Assembly: GCF_002335805.1 (NCBI RefSeq)
Contig: NZ_NISU01000002.1
Location: 488,843-520,842 of the forward strand
Origin: Bacillus sp. FJAT-45350
GTDB taxonomy: Bacteria > Bacillota > Bacilli > Bacillales > NISU01
Reading direction: 5' to 3'
Length of the DNA stretch: 32,000 nucleotides
Below, piece after piece: positions 1 through 7,656 of the stretch. The position numbers and the translations under genes were made by a program. Every line of letters starts with the position of its first letter. Position 1 is the first letter of the stretch. The notes below the pieces were generated by a model. The model was given only the letters and a program-made list of their open reading frames with translations. It did not search any database and was not told the origin of the DNA.

Positions 1-1103
1 TTCATGGACTTGTACGTGACTCAGAAGGTAGAAAAATGAGTAAATCATTAGGAAACGGTGTCGATCCGATGGATGTTATCGACAAGTACGGTGCTGATGC
101 CCTTCGTTTCTTCCTAGCAACAGGAAGTTCCCCAGGAAATGACTTACGATTCTATTGGGAAAAGGTCGAATCTACTTGGAATTTTGCCAATAAAATTTGG
201 AACGCGTCACGGTTTGCACTAATGAATATGGACGGATTAAAATATGAGGAAATCGACTTCAGTGGCGAAAAATCTATTGCTGACAAATGGATTTTAACTC
301 GTTTACAAGAAACGATTAAAGATGTTACTCGCTTGACTGATGCCTATGAGTTCGGTGAGGTAGGACGTATTCTTTACAACTTCATTTGGGATGATTTCTG
401 TGACTGGTACATTGAGATGGCGAAGCTTCCGTTAAACGGAGAGGATGAGCAAGCGAAGAAAACTACTCGCTCAATTCTTGCTTACGTGCTTGATCAAACA
501 ATGCGCTTATTACATCCAATTATGCCGTTTATTACCGAGGAAATATGGCAGCATTTGCCGCACGATGGCGAATCAATTACAGTTGCTGCTTGGCCGCAGT
601 ACACTGAAAGTCTTGTGGACGAAGAAACAGTAAAGGATATGGCGTTGTTAAAAGAAATTATTCGCTCTGTTCGTAACACACGTGCTGAATTAAATGTTCC
701 AATGAGTAAAAAAATCGAGCTACATGTAAAAGCGAAGGATAAACAAGTGTTAGCTCAGCTTGAAAAAGGAAAAGGGTACATTGAGAAGTTCTGTAATCCA
801 GAACAATTAAAGCTAGGAGTAGATATACCAACTCCAGAAAAATCAATGTCACAAGTATTAACAGGAATTGAACTATTCCTACCACTAGCTGGTCTACTAG
901 ATTTAGACGCAGAAATTGCTCGACTTCAAAAGGAAGTAGACAAGCTAGACAAAGAAGTAGAACGAGTTCAAAAGAAACTAAGCAATCAAGGCTTTATTGC
1001 AAAAGCACCTGAGAATGTTATTGCAGAAGAAAAAGCAAAAGAGAAAGACTACGTAGAAAAACGTGCTGCAGTACAAGCGCGTATTGAAGAATTGAAAAAC
1101 TAA
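1..1103 (+). CDS. valS: valyl-tRNA synthetase, C-terminal part (5' end outside window)
   Basis: The frame is open from the window edge. [22 protein letters not shown] contains the class-I aaRS KMSKS loop. It has an anticodon-binding region and the C-terminal coiled coil ([19 protein letters not shown]) typical of ValRS. A hairpin with T-run follows. Confidence 0.95.
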   Translation, partial: HGLVRDSEGRKMSKSLGNGVDPMDVIDKYGADALRFFLATGSSPGNDLRFYWEKVESTWNFANKIWNASRFALMNMDGLKYEEIDFSGEKSIADKWILTRLQETIKDVTRLTDAYEFGEVGRILYNFIWDDFCDWYIEMAKLPLNGEDEQAKKTTRSILAYVLDQTMRLLHPIMPFITEEIWQHLPHDGESITVAAWPQYTESLVDEETVKDMALLKEIIRSVRNTRAELNVPMSKKIELHVKAKDKQVLAQLEKGKGYIEKFCNPEQLKLGVDIPTPEKSMSQVLTGIELFLPLAGLLDLDAEIARLQKEVDKLDKEVERVQKKLSNQGFIAKAPENVIAEEKAKEKDYVEKRAAVQARIEELKN

Positions 1104-1107
1104 GTAG

Positions 1108-1146
1108 GAAGGGGTGGCTCATTATTATGGGCACCTCTTTTTTTGC
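1108..1146 (+). terminator. intrinsic terminator after valS
   Basis: Imperfect GC-containing hairpin (gaaggggtggctc...gggcacctc) running into tttttttt immediately after the valS stop. Confidence 0.6.
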
Positions 1147-1212
1147 TGAGATATATTGGTATATAATAAAGGGGGATATAGTTGATTTAAAATGAAGGAG
1201 GGTTATATAGTA

Positions 1213-1761
1213 ATGAACTTACCTATAAAAAATCACATTACTCTTAAAGAATTCTACAAACTAAGAGAAGGTTCAGAAAGTAGGTTAGAATTCGTGGATG
1301 GTGTCGTTTATATGACTCCTTCACCTTCAACAATGCATCAACGAGTTTCTGGTAGATTGCATGCACAATTATTTACTTTACTAGACGGGAAGAATTGTGA
1401 GTTTTTCATGCCCCTTTCGATATAGAATTAAATAATAAAGGTATGGATGGAACAAAGATTGTCATTCCTGATCTATCCGGTATTTGCGATAAAAGTGGTT
1501 TAAATGAAAATAGATATGTTGGAGTCCCAACTGTCATTTTTGAAATTATTAGCCCTTCAAATCAATCGCATGACCTTGTTTTCAAGCTAAACCTTTATAT
1601 GGAGTACGGAGTAAAAGAATACTGGATAGTTAATCCATTACGTATATGTACTAGAAGAAAATAAGCAATATCGACAAATGGACATAGCAAAAGATAAAGG
1701 AACGATACAGTCGGCAGTTTTAGAAGGGTTTGCGGTGGATATAGAAAAGCTGTTTAGTTAA
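1213..1761 (+). pseudogene. Uma2-family (DUF820) restriction-endonuclease-like gene, disrupted by two frameshifts
   Basis: ORFs 1192-1425 and 1443-1664 are consecutive parts of one Uma2-like protein (LEFVDGVVYMTPSPSTMHQRVSGRL... / ...VPTVIFEIISPSNQSHDLVFKLNLYMEYGVKEYWIVNP). The frame of the second ORF reads through upstream as PFDIELNNKG, so there is a shift near 1405-1415. A third frame continues after about 1640 as VYVLEENKQYRQMDIAKDKGTIQSAVLEGFAVDIEKLFS* ending at 1761. The likely start is ATG 1213, downstream of AAGGAGG. Confidence 0.75.
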
Positions 1762-1774
1762 ACAAAAAGGGGAA

Positions 1775-1803
1775 CAAGGCCACTGAACACTTCAGTGACC
1801 TTG
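1775..1803 (-). terminator. hairpin between convergent genes; terminator of the minus-strand ATP-grasp cassette (possibly bidirectional)
   Basis: aaggccactgaa-cac-ttcagtgacctt forms a 12-bp stem with one mismatch. On the minus strand it is followed by ttcccctttttgttt. Confidence 0.6.
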
Positions 1804-1814
1804 GAAAAATAATT

Positions 1815-2678
1815 TTACCCGATCTCATTCAATCTTCTCATAATAAATTTCAAATATAGCTCAACAATATTAATCGAAGAAGTCGCACTAAGTGTTCTAC
1901 TTCCTACTACATCTTCAATTTCATTAAATAATAAATCCCCATGTTCATCTAGTAAAAAATCAATTCCTACTAGTCCAAAATCAAACATATTGATAATCCT
2001 ATCAATTAGCGATTTTTCTTTATCCGAAAGTTCATATAAAGTTGCCTCTCCTCCAAGAGTGAAATTTGCTTTAAAATCAGAATTAGAACTTCGTAATACA
2101 GCAGCAATGATTTCTTTTCCGATAACAAATACTCTGATATCTTTCCCAATAGTTCCTGCGAGTTTTTGAACAATGACCTCTTGATTTTCAAGCTTCTGCA
2201 CACAGTTTTCAAATTCATGTTCTGAGGTAACGAGATATACTTCCTTCCCACCTCTTCCTTTTGCTCCTTTAACGATAAACGGATAATCAAAGGTGATGGA
2301 GTGTGGTTCTGGAATTTCTAAAGGGAAGAAAAGTGTATCAACCATTGGGATGTTCGCTTGTGCCAAATATTGATGTGTTCTTCCTTTGTCATTACAAATT
2401 TCTGAAACAAAAGAAGAATTAAAAATAGGAATCCCAAGAAACTCGAGCTGTTTACTGAAGAAAGGGTCGAGTGTACGTACGATTGCAAAATCCGGTAAAG
2501 AAACAGTTTGTCCTTCATAAGAAACTGATAGACGATGAGTTTCTATCTTTAACAAAAATTGTTCTCTATATCGGAGGTGAATAGTGAGATTTAGCTTTTT
2601 CCCTTCCGCTATTACCCAATCAATATAGTGTTTGTTTCGGATAGCATCTTCCTTAGCGTAAATTAACCAACCGTTCAT
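1815..2678 (-). CDS. RimK-family ATP-grasp ligase, paralog 2 (287 aa)
   Basis: Collinear with E. coli RimK: PFIVKGAKGRGGKEVYLV, DIRVFVIGKEIIAAVLRSSNSDFKANFTLGGEA, LVGIDFL. The usual Mg-ligand triplet E-x-N reads NEIED (E-I-E) here. The start overlaps the upstream gene stop by 4 bp. Confidence 0.85.
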   Translation of the reverse strand: MNGWLIYAKEDAIRNKHYIDWVIAEGKKLNLTIHLRYREQFLLKIETHRLSVSYEGQTVSLPDFAIVRTLDPFFSKQLEFLGIPIFNSSFVSEICNDKGRTHQYLAQANIPMVDTLFFPLEIPEPHSITFDYPFIVKGAKGRGGKEVYLVTSEHEFENCVQKLENQEVIVQKLAGTIGKDIRVFVIGKEIIAAVLRSSNSDFKANFTLGGEATLYELSDKEKSLIDRIINMFDFGLVGIDFLLDEHGDLLFNEIEDVVGSRTLSATSSINIVELYLKFIMRRLNEIG

Positions 2679-3580
2679 TTTGACTCCTTTAACTTCTCAA
2701 TAATAAAATCAATCATTGTATCAGCCACGTTAATCCCTGTACAGTCAAAAATGCTTCGAATATGAGCATTGGAATTAACTTCACAAATGTAACGCTTGTC
2801 ATTTTCCCCAAACAATAAATCTACACCGGCAAAATTAGTTCCTAATGTACGAGAACAAGCAATGGCTAACTCTTTTTCTTCTTCAGAAGGAAAATAAGTC
2901 TCCATTTTTCCACCAGCACTAACATTTGCTCGAAAATCACTAGAAGATTTACGTATCATTGAAGCGACTATTTTCTCACCAACTACGTTTAGACGAATAT
3001 CCTTCCCGTGACTCGTTTGAATATATTCTTGCAATACATAGGGAGTTCCACCGAGTTGTTTGATCTTTACAAGTAGCGCTTCTGCATCCTCAATAAGATA
3101 GACTTGTTGCCCGAATGACCCATATGCCTCTTTGATAACAAGCGGATAACCTAGTTCTTCTCCTATTTGTCTATAAGGGGTGTCATCAATCACATCCATA
3201 CCTGAGAATATCATCGGCGCAATAATAGTTTTCGGGACAGGTAATTGGTGGTCAGCCAATACTTGATACATTCTTCCTTTATGGTCACATTTTTCAATTG
3301 AATCAGCTGAATTGAACACGGGTACTCCTAGGGCTTCTAACTGCCTAGCAAGGAGGATATCTTTGTCACCAAAAATAACAAAGTCTGGTTTTTTATGTTC
3401 AAATGGGCCTTTTATTGTTGATTTACCATTTTCCACTGTAACAAGGAGCTCATTATTTTTGATGATAATAGCTTCTATTCCTTTCCTACTAGCTGCCTCT
3501 TTAACCCAATTGGCAAAGTCCAAAAACTTTCCTTCTCTCAGGTTGCCATTATAGACAATCCAACCTTTTAATTTAGTCAT
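2675..3580 (-). CDS. RimK-family ATP-grasp ligase, paralog 1 (301 aa)
   Basis: Strong RimK-like motifs: YPLVIKEAYGSFGQQVYLI, QEYI, GKDIRLNVVGEKIVASMIRKSSSDFRANVSAGGK, FAGVDLLF, ICEVNSN. GAAAGGA RBS 7 nt before the ATG. 8-bp overlap (ATGACTAA) with the upstream gene. Confidence 0.9.
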   Translation of the reverse strand: MTKLKGWIVYNGNLREGKFLDFANWVKEAASRKGIEAIIIKNNELLVTVENGKSTIKGPFEHKKPDFVIFGDKDILLARQLEALGVPVFNSADSIEKCDHKGRMYQVLADHQLPVPKTIIAPMIFSGMDVIDDTPYRQIGEELGYPLVIKEAYGSFGQQVYLIEDAEALLVKIKQLGGTPYVLQEYIQTSHGKDIRLNVVGEKIVASMIRKSSSDFRANVSAGGKMETYFPSEEEKELAIACSRTLGTNFAGVDLLFGENDKRYICEVNSNAHIRSIFDCTGINVADTMIDFIIEKLKESK

Positions 3581-4244
3581 TTGTTAGTCCTTTCTTGTGT
3601 AACATCAAAATGATTTCTAGTAAGCAGTTATAGATGTTTGTAAATTGTGCTAGTCCATTTTCAATAGTCAGTAGACGCCAATTTATTTCAAGTTGTATTG
3701 TAGTAATTCCGCATTCCCGAGCAATTGTTGATGAAACAGTATTTGGATTTCCTGCAGTAAATATTTTATCCACTTCTACGTTTGAAATAGAAAATGTTGT
3801 GAAAACCTCAATGATATCATCAATTAAAGAAAAATTTCCAAATATATTTTTTCCACGAGCGGTTCCTATGTCAATATTGTAGTCTCGTTTACTGGACATG
3901 ATATGAAGATCTAATAGGAACTCGATATTGCTTTCTTTTACAATCGTGATGAGCATGTCTTTATAGGCGTTTTTCTCATCAAAGTTCGGATCATCATTGT
4001 TCATTTTTGTTTTATATAAACTAAAGCAGTTAGTTTCTTCATGAAGCAATTGAGCCAATACTCCTGTTGTATATTCCCCTTGTTTGACTTTTCCTTGACG
4101 TAGTTGAGGTACGCTATGAGGAGCGGAAACTAGAACAGGAATTGTACCTGGATGAAATAGAAAGTCAGTAGTTTCAGTCAAGTTCTCTTGAATAAAGCTT
4201 TCAATCATTAATTCAATTTGTTCTCTTTGTAATACCTTTTTCAT
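3573..4244 (-). CDS. N-formylglutamate amidohydrolase (FGase, PF05013-like) family zinc amidohydrolase/peptidase (223 aa)
   Basis: PVLVSAPHSVPQ...GEYTTG and IEFLLDLHIMSS resemble the FGase-family N-terminal His/Glu and central D-L-H metal-ligand motifs. The size fits the family. GAAAGGAAAAG RBS. Assigned by motif memory only. Confidence 0.6.
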   Translation of the reverse strand: MKKVLQREQIELMIESFIQENLTETTDFLFHPGTIPVLVSAPHSVPQLRQGKVKQGEYTTGVLAQLLHEETNCFSLYKTKMNNDDPNFDEKNAYKDMLITIVKESNIEFLLDLHIMSSKRDYNIDIGTARGKNIFGNFSLIDDIIEVFTTFSISNVEVDKIFTAGNPNTVSSTIARECGITTIQLEINWRLLTIENGLAQFTNIYNCLLEIILMLHKKGLTND

Positions 4245-4262
4245 ATCTTTTCCTTTCGTCCT

Positions 4263-6113
4263 TTAATCATTTGATATGCTTTCTCTAAGCTTTGAAAACG
4301 AGATATAAATTGACAAAGGGAGTAGGACACATATTAGCATAATCTTATATGAAAATGGAATGGGAATTGTAAAAGTAGTAAGGATGGCTGCCATCATTGA
4401 AAAAAATTGCATATTTAAGTTTTTTCTGAACAGATACCCAAGATCCCTTTCAATTTCTATTACTTTTCCTATATGTTTTAATCCAAGATCGGATCTGATA
4501 TGTGCTGGAATCCCTATTGAAACGTTCAAATTACTTTCTGAAGGAACAATATTGGTTTCTCGAGCTAAATCTAATGAGTTCATTACTAATACTCTAGCAG
4601 TAACTTTGTTTGAACGGTTACTAATTGTAATATTGTCCGTTTCTTCTAGCCCAAGTAATTTTAGAGAGTTTTCGGAAACACGAACAATATTACTTGGCTC
4701 ATCTGTAGAATATGGACGTATGACTTTTAGCTGTATCCGTTCCTGTCTAATGATAAATTCACTAATTTTTCTTGTCACAAATTTTTTTAAAGGCTCACGC
4801 TTTGACACTTTGTATTCACGTAAGGGAATTAAATGGGCATTTATATAGCCTGTTTTTTTCAAAATCTTCTTTATCTTCTCTCGTTCTAAATAATCTATTT
4901 TAGGTAATGCTTTTTCATTTGCATAGTAACCTTCAATAATTTTTGCATCATCTTTTGCATTTGAACAAAATCGTTGAAAATAAAAAGAACTAAGTGTATC
5001 TGGAGGTAATTCATAGTCTAGAAATTGTCGTTGTATGAAGCTAAGCTTAATTTCATTATCTTTTAATGTAGAGTCCCAATCTATTTTCGACTTATGAATA
5101 TCGAATGAAGCACCTGTACTACCATTCATTACCTCAAAAAACTCACAACCTTGTTCTTGGTCAAGAGAATCATAGATTGATTTTGAGACCATTACTTTCC
5201 CATCTTTAATAGATGTTACATTCATAGCCTTTACTTCTAAAAAAGAATACTTTTGATACTTCTGTATAAGAAGGAAAGAGGGGTGAGTATCTTGTAGTAA
5301 AAGCTTTTTCTTTGTTGACAGTGTCAGTCGAATTTCTTCCTCAGATAATGTATTATTGAGCTGAACTAAGCATCTTCTTGATAGACCATTTACTGGATTT
5401 ATCACTGTTACATAATCATTTTCTAGTAAGTCTAATGCTTCTAGCATTTCTTGTGATAGGTCTACACGGTGGTGTGGGAAGATAGATCCTCTTTTTGTTG
5501 ATAGTAAAAAGGGGTGAATTTGATTATTATTTTTCGTATCTATATTCTCAAGAAAGATGGCGATGGCTGATAGACATGGTAGTAGAGCGTGTACCTTGTG
5601 CTCAGTCTCTTCAGTAATAAATTTTTCAGGGATTTTTACTTGAATTGTATTTGTTTTGTCAAAGTTAGTTAAGGAGTTATTCTCAACAACGTCTGTAGAC
5701 AATCCATGGTCTCTCATAATCAAGCTTAGCCCTTGTGTAAGTGGGGAATTTTGGTTACTTTCAATAGTAACTGTATTATTTAAATTTTTCACCAGATCTA
5801 CTAAAATAACTGTTTCTATTTTCTCCTTTTTTATCAAATTTACTAACTTTTTATGAGCCTTGTCTGAAAAGAGACCTTCACTATGTTTACAATGATAAAC
5901 GGCATGACAGGAAGTGATGCGGTTGAGTGTTGTGGCCAAAAAGTAATCGATTGTATTTGCATAGGGAAAAGCGATAAGAACAGAGCTTGTACCTTTTATT
6001 GTTTTAAAAGGAGATAGCTGAAGTACTGGAGGTTTTACCTGGTGGAAATTAACTGCTGATTGTAATGTTTGATTATCAATATGAACATTCTTTTTTTCTA
6101 TCATAATAGACAC
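4263..6113 (-). CDS. membrane-anchored multidomain protein of unknown function (616 aa; probable true start ATG at 6104)
   Basis: Long uninterrupted ORF, first gene of the cassette. The track start is GTG with an RBS too close. ATG at codon 4 has AAAGGGTG 6 nt upstream. Residues about 40-125 align with the adjacent FGase protein but lack its His residues. Three repeats look like CDC48-N/VAT-N double-psi barrels (about 215-287, 305-382, 462-556). Two C-terminal TM helices lie at about 568-606. Confidence 0.8.
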   Translation of the reverse strand: MSIMIEKKNVHIDNQTLQSAVNFHQVKPPVLQLSPFKTIKGTSSVLIAFPYANTIDYFLATTLNRITSCHAVYHCKHSEGLFSDKAHKKLVNLIKKEKIETVILVDLVKNLNNTVTIESNQNSPLTQGLSLIMRDHGLSTDVVENNSLTNFDKTNTIQVKIPEKFITEETEHKVHALLPCLSAIAIFLENIDTKNNNQIHPFLLSTKRGSIFPHHRVDLSQEMLEALDLLENDYVTVINPVNGLSRRCLVQLNNTLSEEEIRLTLSTKKKLLLQDTHPSFLLIQKYQKYSFLEVKAMNVTSIKDGKVMVSKSIYDSLDQEQGCEFFEVMNGSTGASFDIHKSKIDWDSTLKDNEIKLSFIQRQFLDYELPPDTLSSFYFQRFCSNAKDDAKIIEGYYANEKALPKIDYLEREKIKKILKKTGYINAHLIPLREYKVSKREPLKKFVTRKISEFIIRQERIQLKVIRPYSTDEPSNIVRVSENSLKLLGLEETDNITISNRSNKVTARVLVMNSLDLARETNIVPSESNLNVSIGIPAHIRSDLGLKHIGKVIEIERDLGYLFRKNLNMQFFSMMAAILTTFTIPIPFSYKIMLICVLLPLSIYISFSKLRESISND

Positions 6114-6270
6114 CCTTTAACTATCTAATTGATTATTTAATGGAATATTTTAGAACTTTATTGAAGCCTTATAATCTATAGGATAAACTAACTATATCTT
6201 ATCAAGAGCTAGTCATTTCAAGCAATATGTAAATAATTAGTTTGTCACCAAGACAATGAGGAGGAAACAG

Positions 6271-7578
6271 ATGTTTCAGGATATAAACGAAGTACATTCA
6301 TATATTGAAAAAAGAAAGGAGGCTGGGATTCAGTTAGGGTTAGATAGAATGAAGAATTTACTTGAGTTTCTTGGCCATCCGCAAAAAGAAGTAAGGGCTA
6401 TTCACCTAGCAGGTACGAATGGAAAAGGCTCAACAATAAATTTTCTTAGAGAAATATTATTGAAATGTGATGTATCTGTCGGAGCTTTCACATCACCACC
6501 GATTCTAGGGATAACTGACCAAATATGGGTTAATGATGAGGCAATTAGTGATGATGGATTTGTTGAAGCAATGAATCAGTTCGCACCTAAGGTAGAAGAG
6601 TTTGAGGAAAAAGGAAATGAGCTCGTTACGGAGTTTGAATTTATGACTGCCTTTGCTTTTTATTATTTTGCTGAGGTTAACCCTGTTGACTTTCTTCTAT
6701 TAGAAACAGGACTTGGAGGAAGGGAGGATGCAACTAATCTTTGTACACCAATTCTTTCCTTGATTACAAATGTTTCTTTCGACCACATGCAAATACTTGG
6801 TAGGACGATTGAAGAGATTGCTATTGCTAAAGCGGGGATTATTAAACAAGGAATTCCTATTATCACAACGGAAGAAACAAAGGAAGCCTTAGCTATTTTT
6901 GAAAATGAAGCAAATGAAAAAGGTAGCGGATTTTATTCACTAGGAGAAAATTTTCAAATTAAAAATGTGCTAGTAGCAAATGATGTCCAAACGTTTTCTT
7001 TTCTCGGTCCATATTTTGAGACGAAGGAAATTGAGCTAACGATGAAAGGTGTACATCAAATAAAGAATGCGTCCCTTGCGATTATGGCGGTTTCCTATCT
7101 AAAAGAAAAACAACTAATCAATGTTGATGAAGCTAAATTAAAAGAAGGTCTAAAGAAAGCACAATGGCGAGGTAGAATGGAAACGGTTAATACTGAGCCA
7201 CTCGTAATTCTAGATGGTGCACATAATGAGGGCGGGACTCATGCACTTGCACAAGCATTAGAAAAGCATTACCCCGATAAAAAAATTCATGTTATTTTTG
7301 CAGCGACAAAGGAAAAAGATGTTGAGAGTCTCCTTAAGCCGATTTACCCACTTGTAGAGCAAGTTTGTTTTACCTCGTTTCAGTTTCCACGAGCAGCTAA
7401 ATCAAGTGAAATGTTTAATCAGTCTAGCTTCGAAAATAAAATAGATGAAGATAACTGGAAAGCGGCGGTGAAATGGAAATTAGCGACAATGCAAGATAGT
7501 GAAATGCTTGTCATTACAGGGTCACTATACTTTATATCAGAAGTAAGAAGATTCTTTAGTGAAAAAATTGTAAATTAG
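6271..7578 (+). CDS. folC: bifunctional folylpolyglutamate synthase / dihydrofolate synthase
   Basis: Mur-ligase P-loop HLAGTNGKGST, the DHMQILG motif, and ILDGAHNEGG. The track ORF starts at 6256, but ATG 6271 lies 5 nt after AGGAGGA and gives an MF... N-terminus like B. subtilis FolC. Confidence 0.9.
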   Translation: MFQDINEVHSYIEKRKEAGIQLGLDRMKNLLEFLGHPQKEVRAIHLAGTNGKGSTINFLREILLKCDVSVGAFTSPPILGITDQIWVNDEAISDDGFVEAMNQFAPKVEEFEEKGNELVTEFEFMTAFAFYYFAEVNPVDFLLLETGLGGREDATNLCTPILSLITNVSFDHMQILGRTIEEIAIAKAGIIKQGIPIITTEETKEALAIFENEANEKGSGFYSLGENFQIKNVLVANDVQTFSFLGPYFETKEIELTMKGVHQIKNASLAIMAVSYLKEKQLINVDEAKLKEGLKKAQWRGRMETVNTEPLVILDGAHNEGGTHALAQALEKHYPDKKIHVIFAATKEKDVESLLKPIYPLVEQVCFTSFQFPRAAKSSEMFNQSSFENKIDEDNWKAAVKWKLATMQDSEMLVITGSLYFISEVRRFFSEKIVN

Positions 7579-7656
7579 CACTATAAAAATAGTGTAAATA
7601 AAATCCTCTTTATAGTAAAATAGTATAACAAGCTATTAACTATTATTGGAAAGAGG

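Noticed and set aside
445-885. Three short ORFs (62, 61 and 75 aa) inside valS
   Set aside because: They are embedded in alternative frames or antisense to an unambiguous valS reading frame.
1815-3580. Graspetide/microviridin-type RiPP cluster (two ATP-grasp ligases)
   Set aside because: I found no small precursor-peptide ORF within or next to the operon. The genes abut or overlap, and the 6114-6255 spacer has only a 4-codon ORF. The ligases also carry RimK-proper motifs (DFRANVSAGG, CEVN). A precursor encoded elsewhere cannot be excluded.
4360-4848. 162-aa plus-strand ORF (and 5656-5856, 3312-3554, 3634-3882)
   Set aside because: All lie antisense inside the tightly coupled minus-strand cassette genes. 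They have hydrophobic, low-information translations typical of antisense frames of AT-rich genes.
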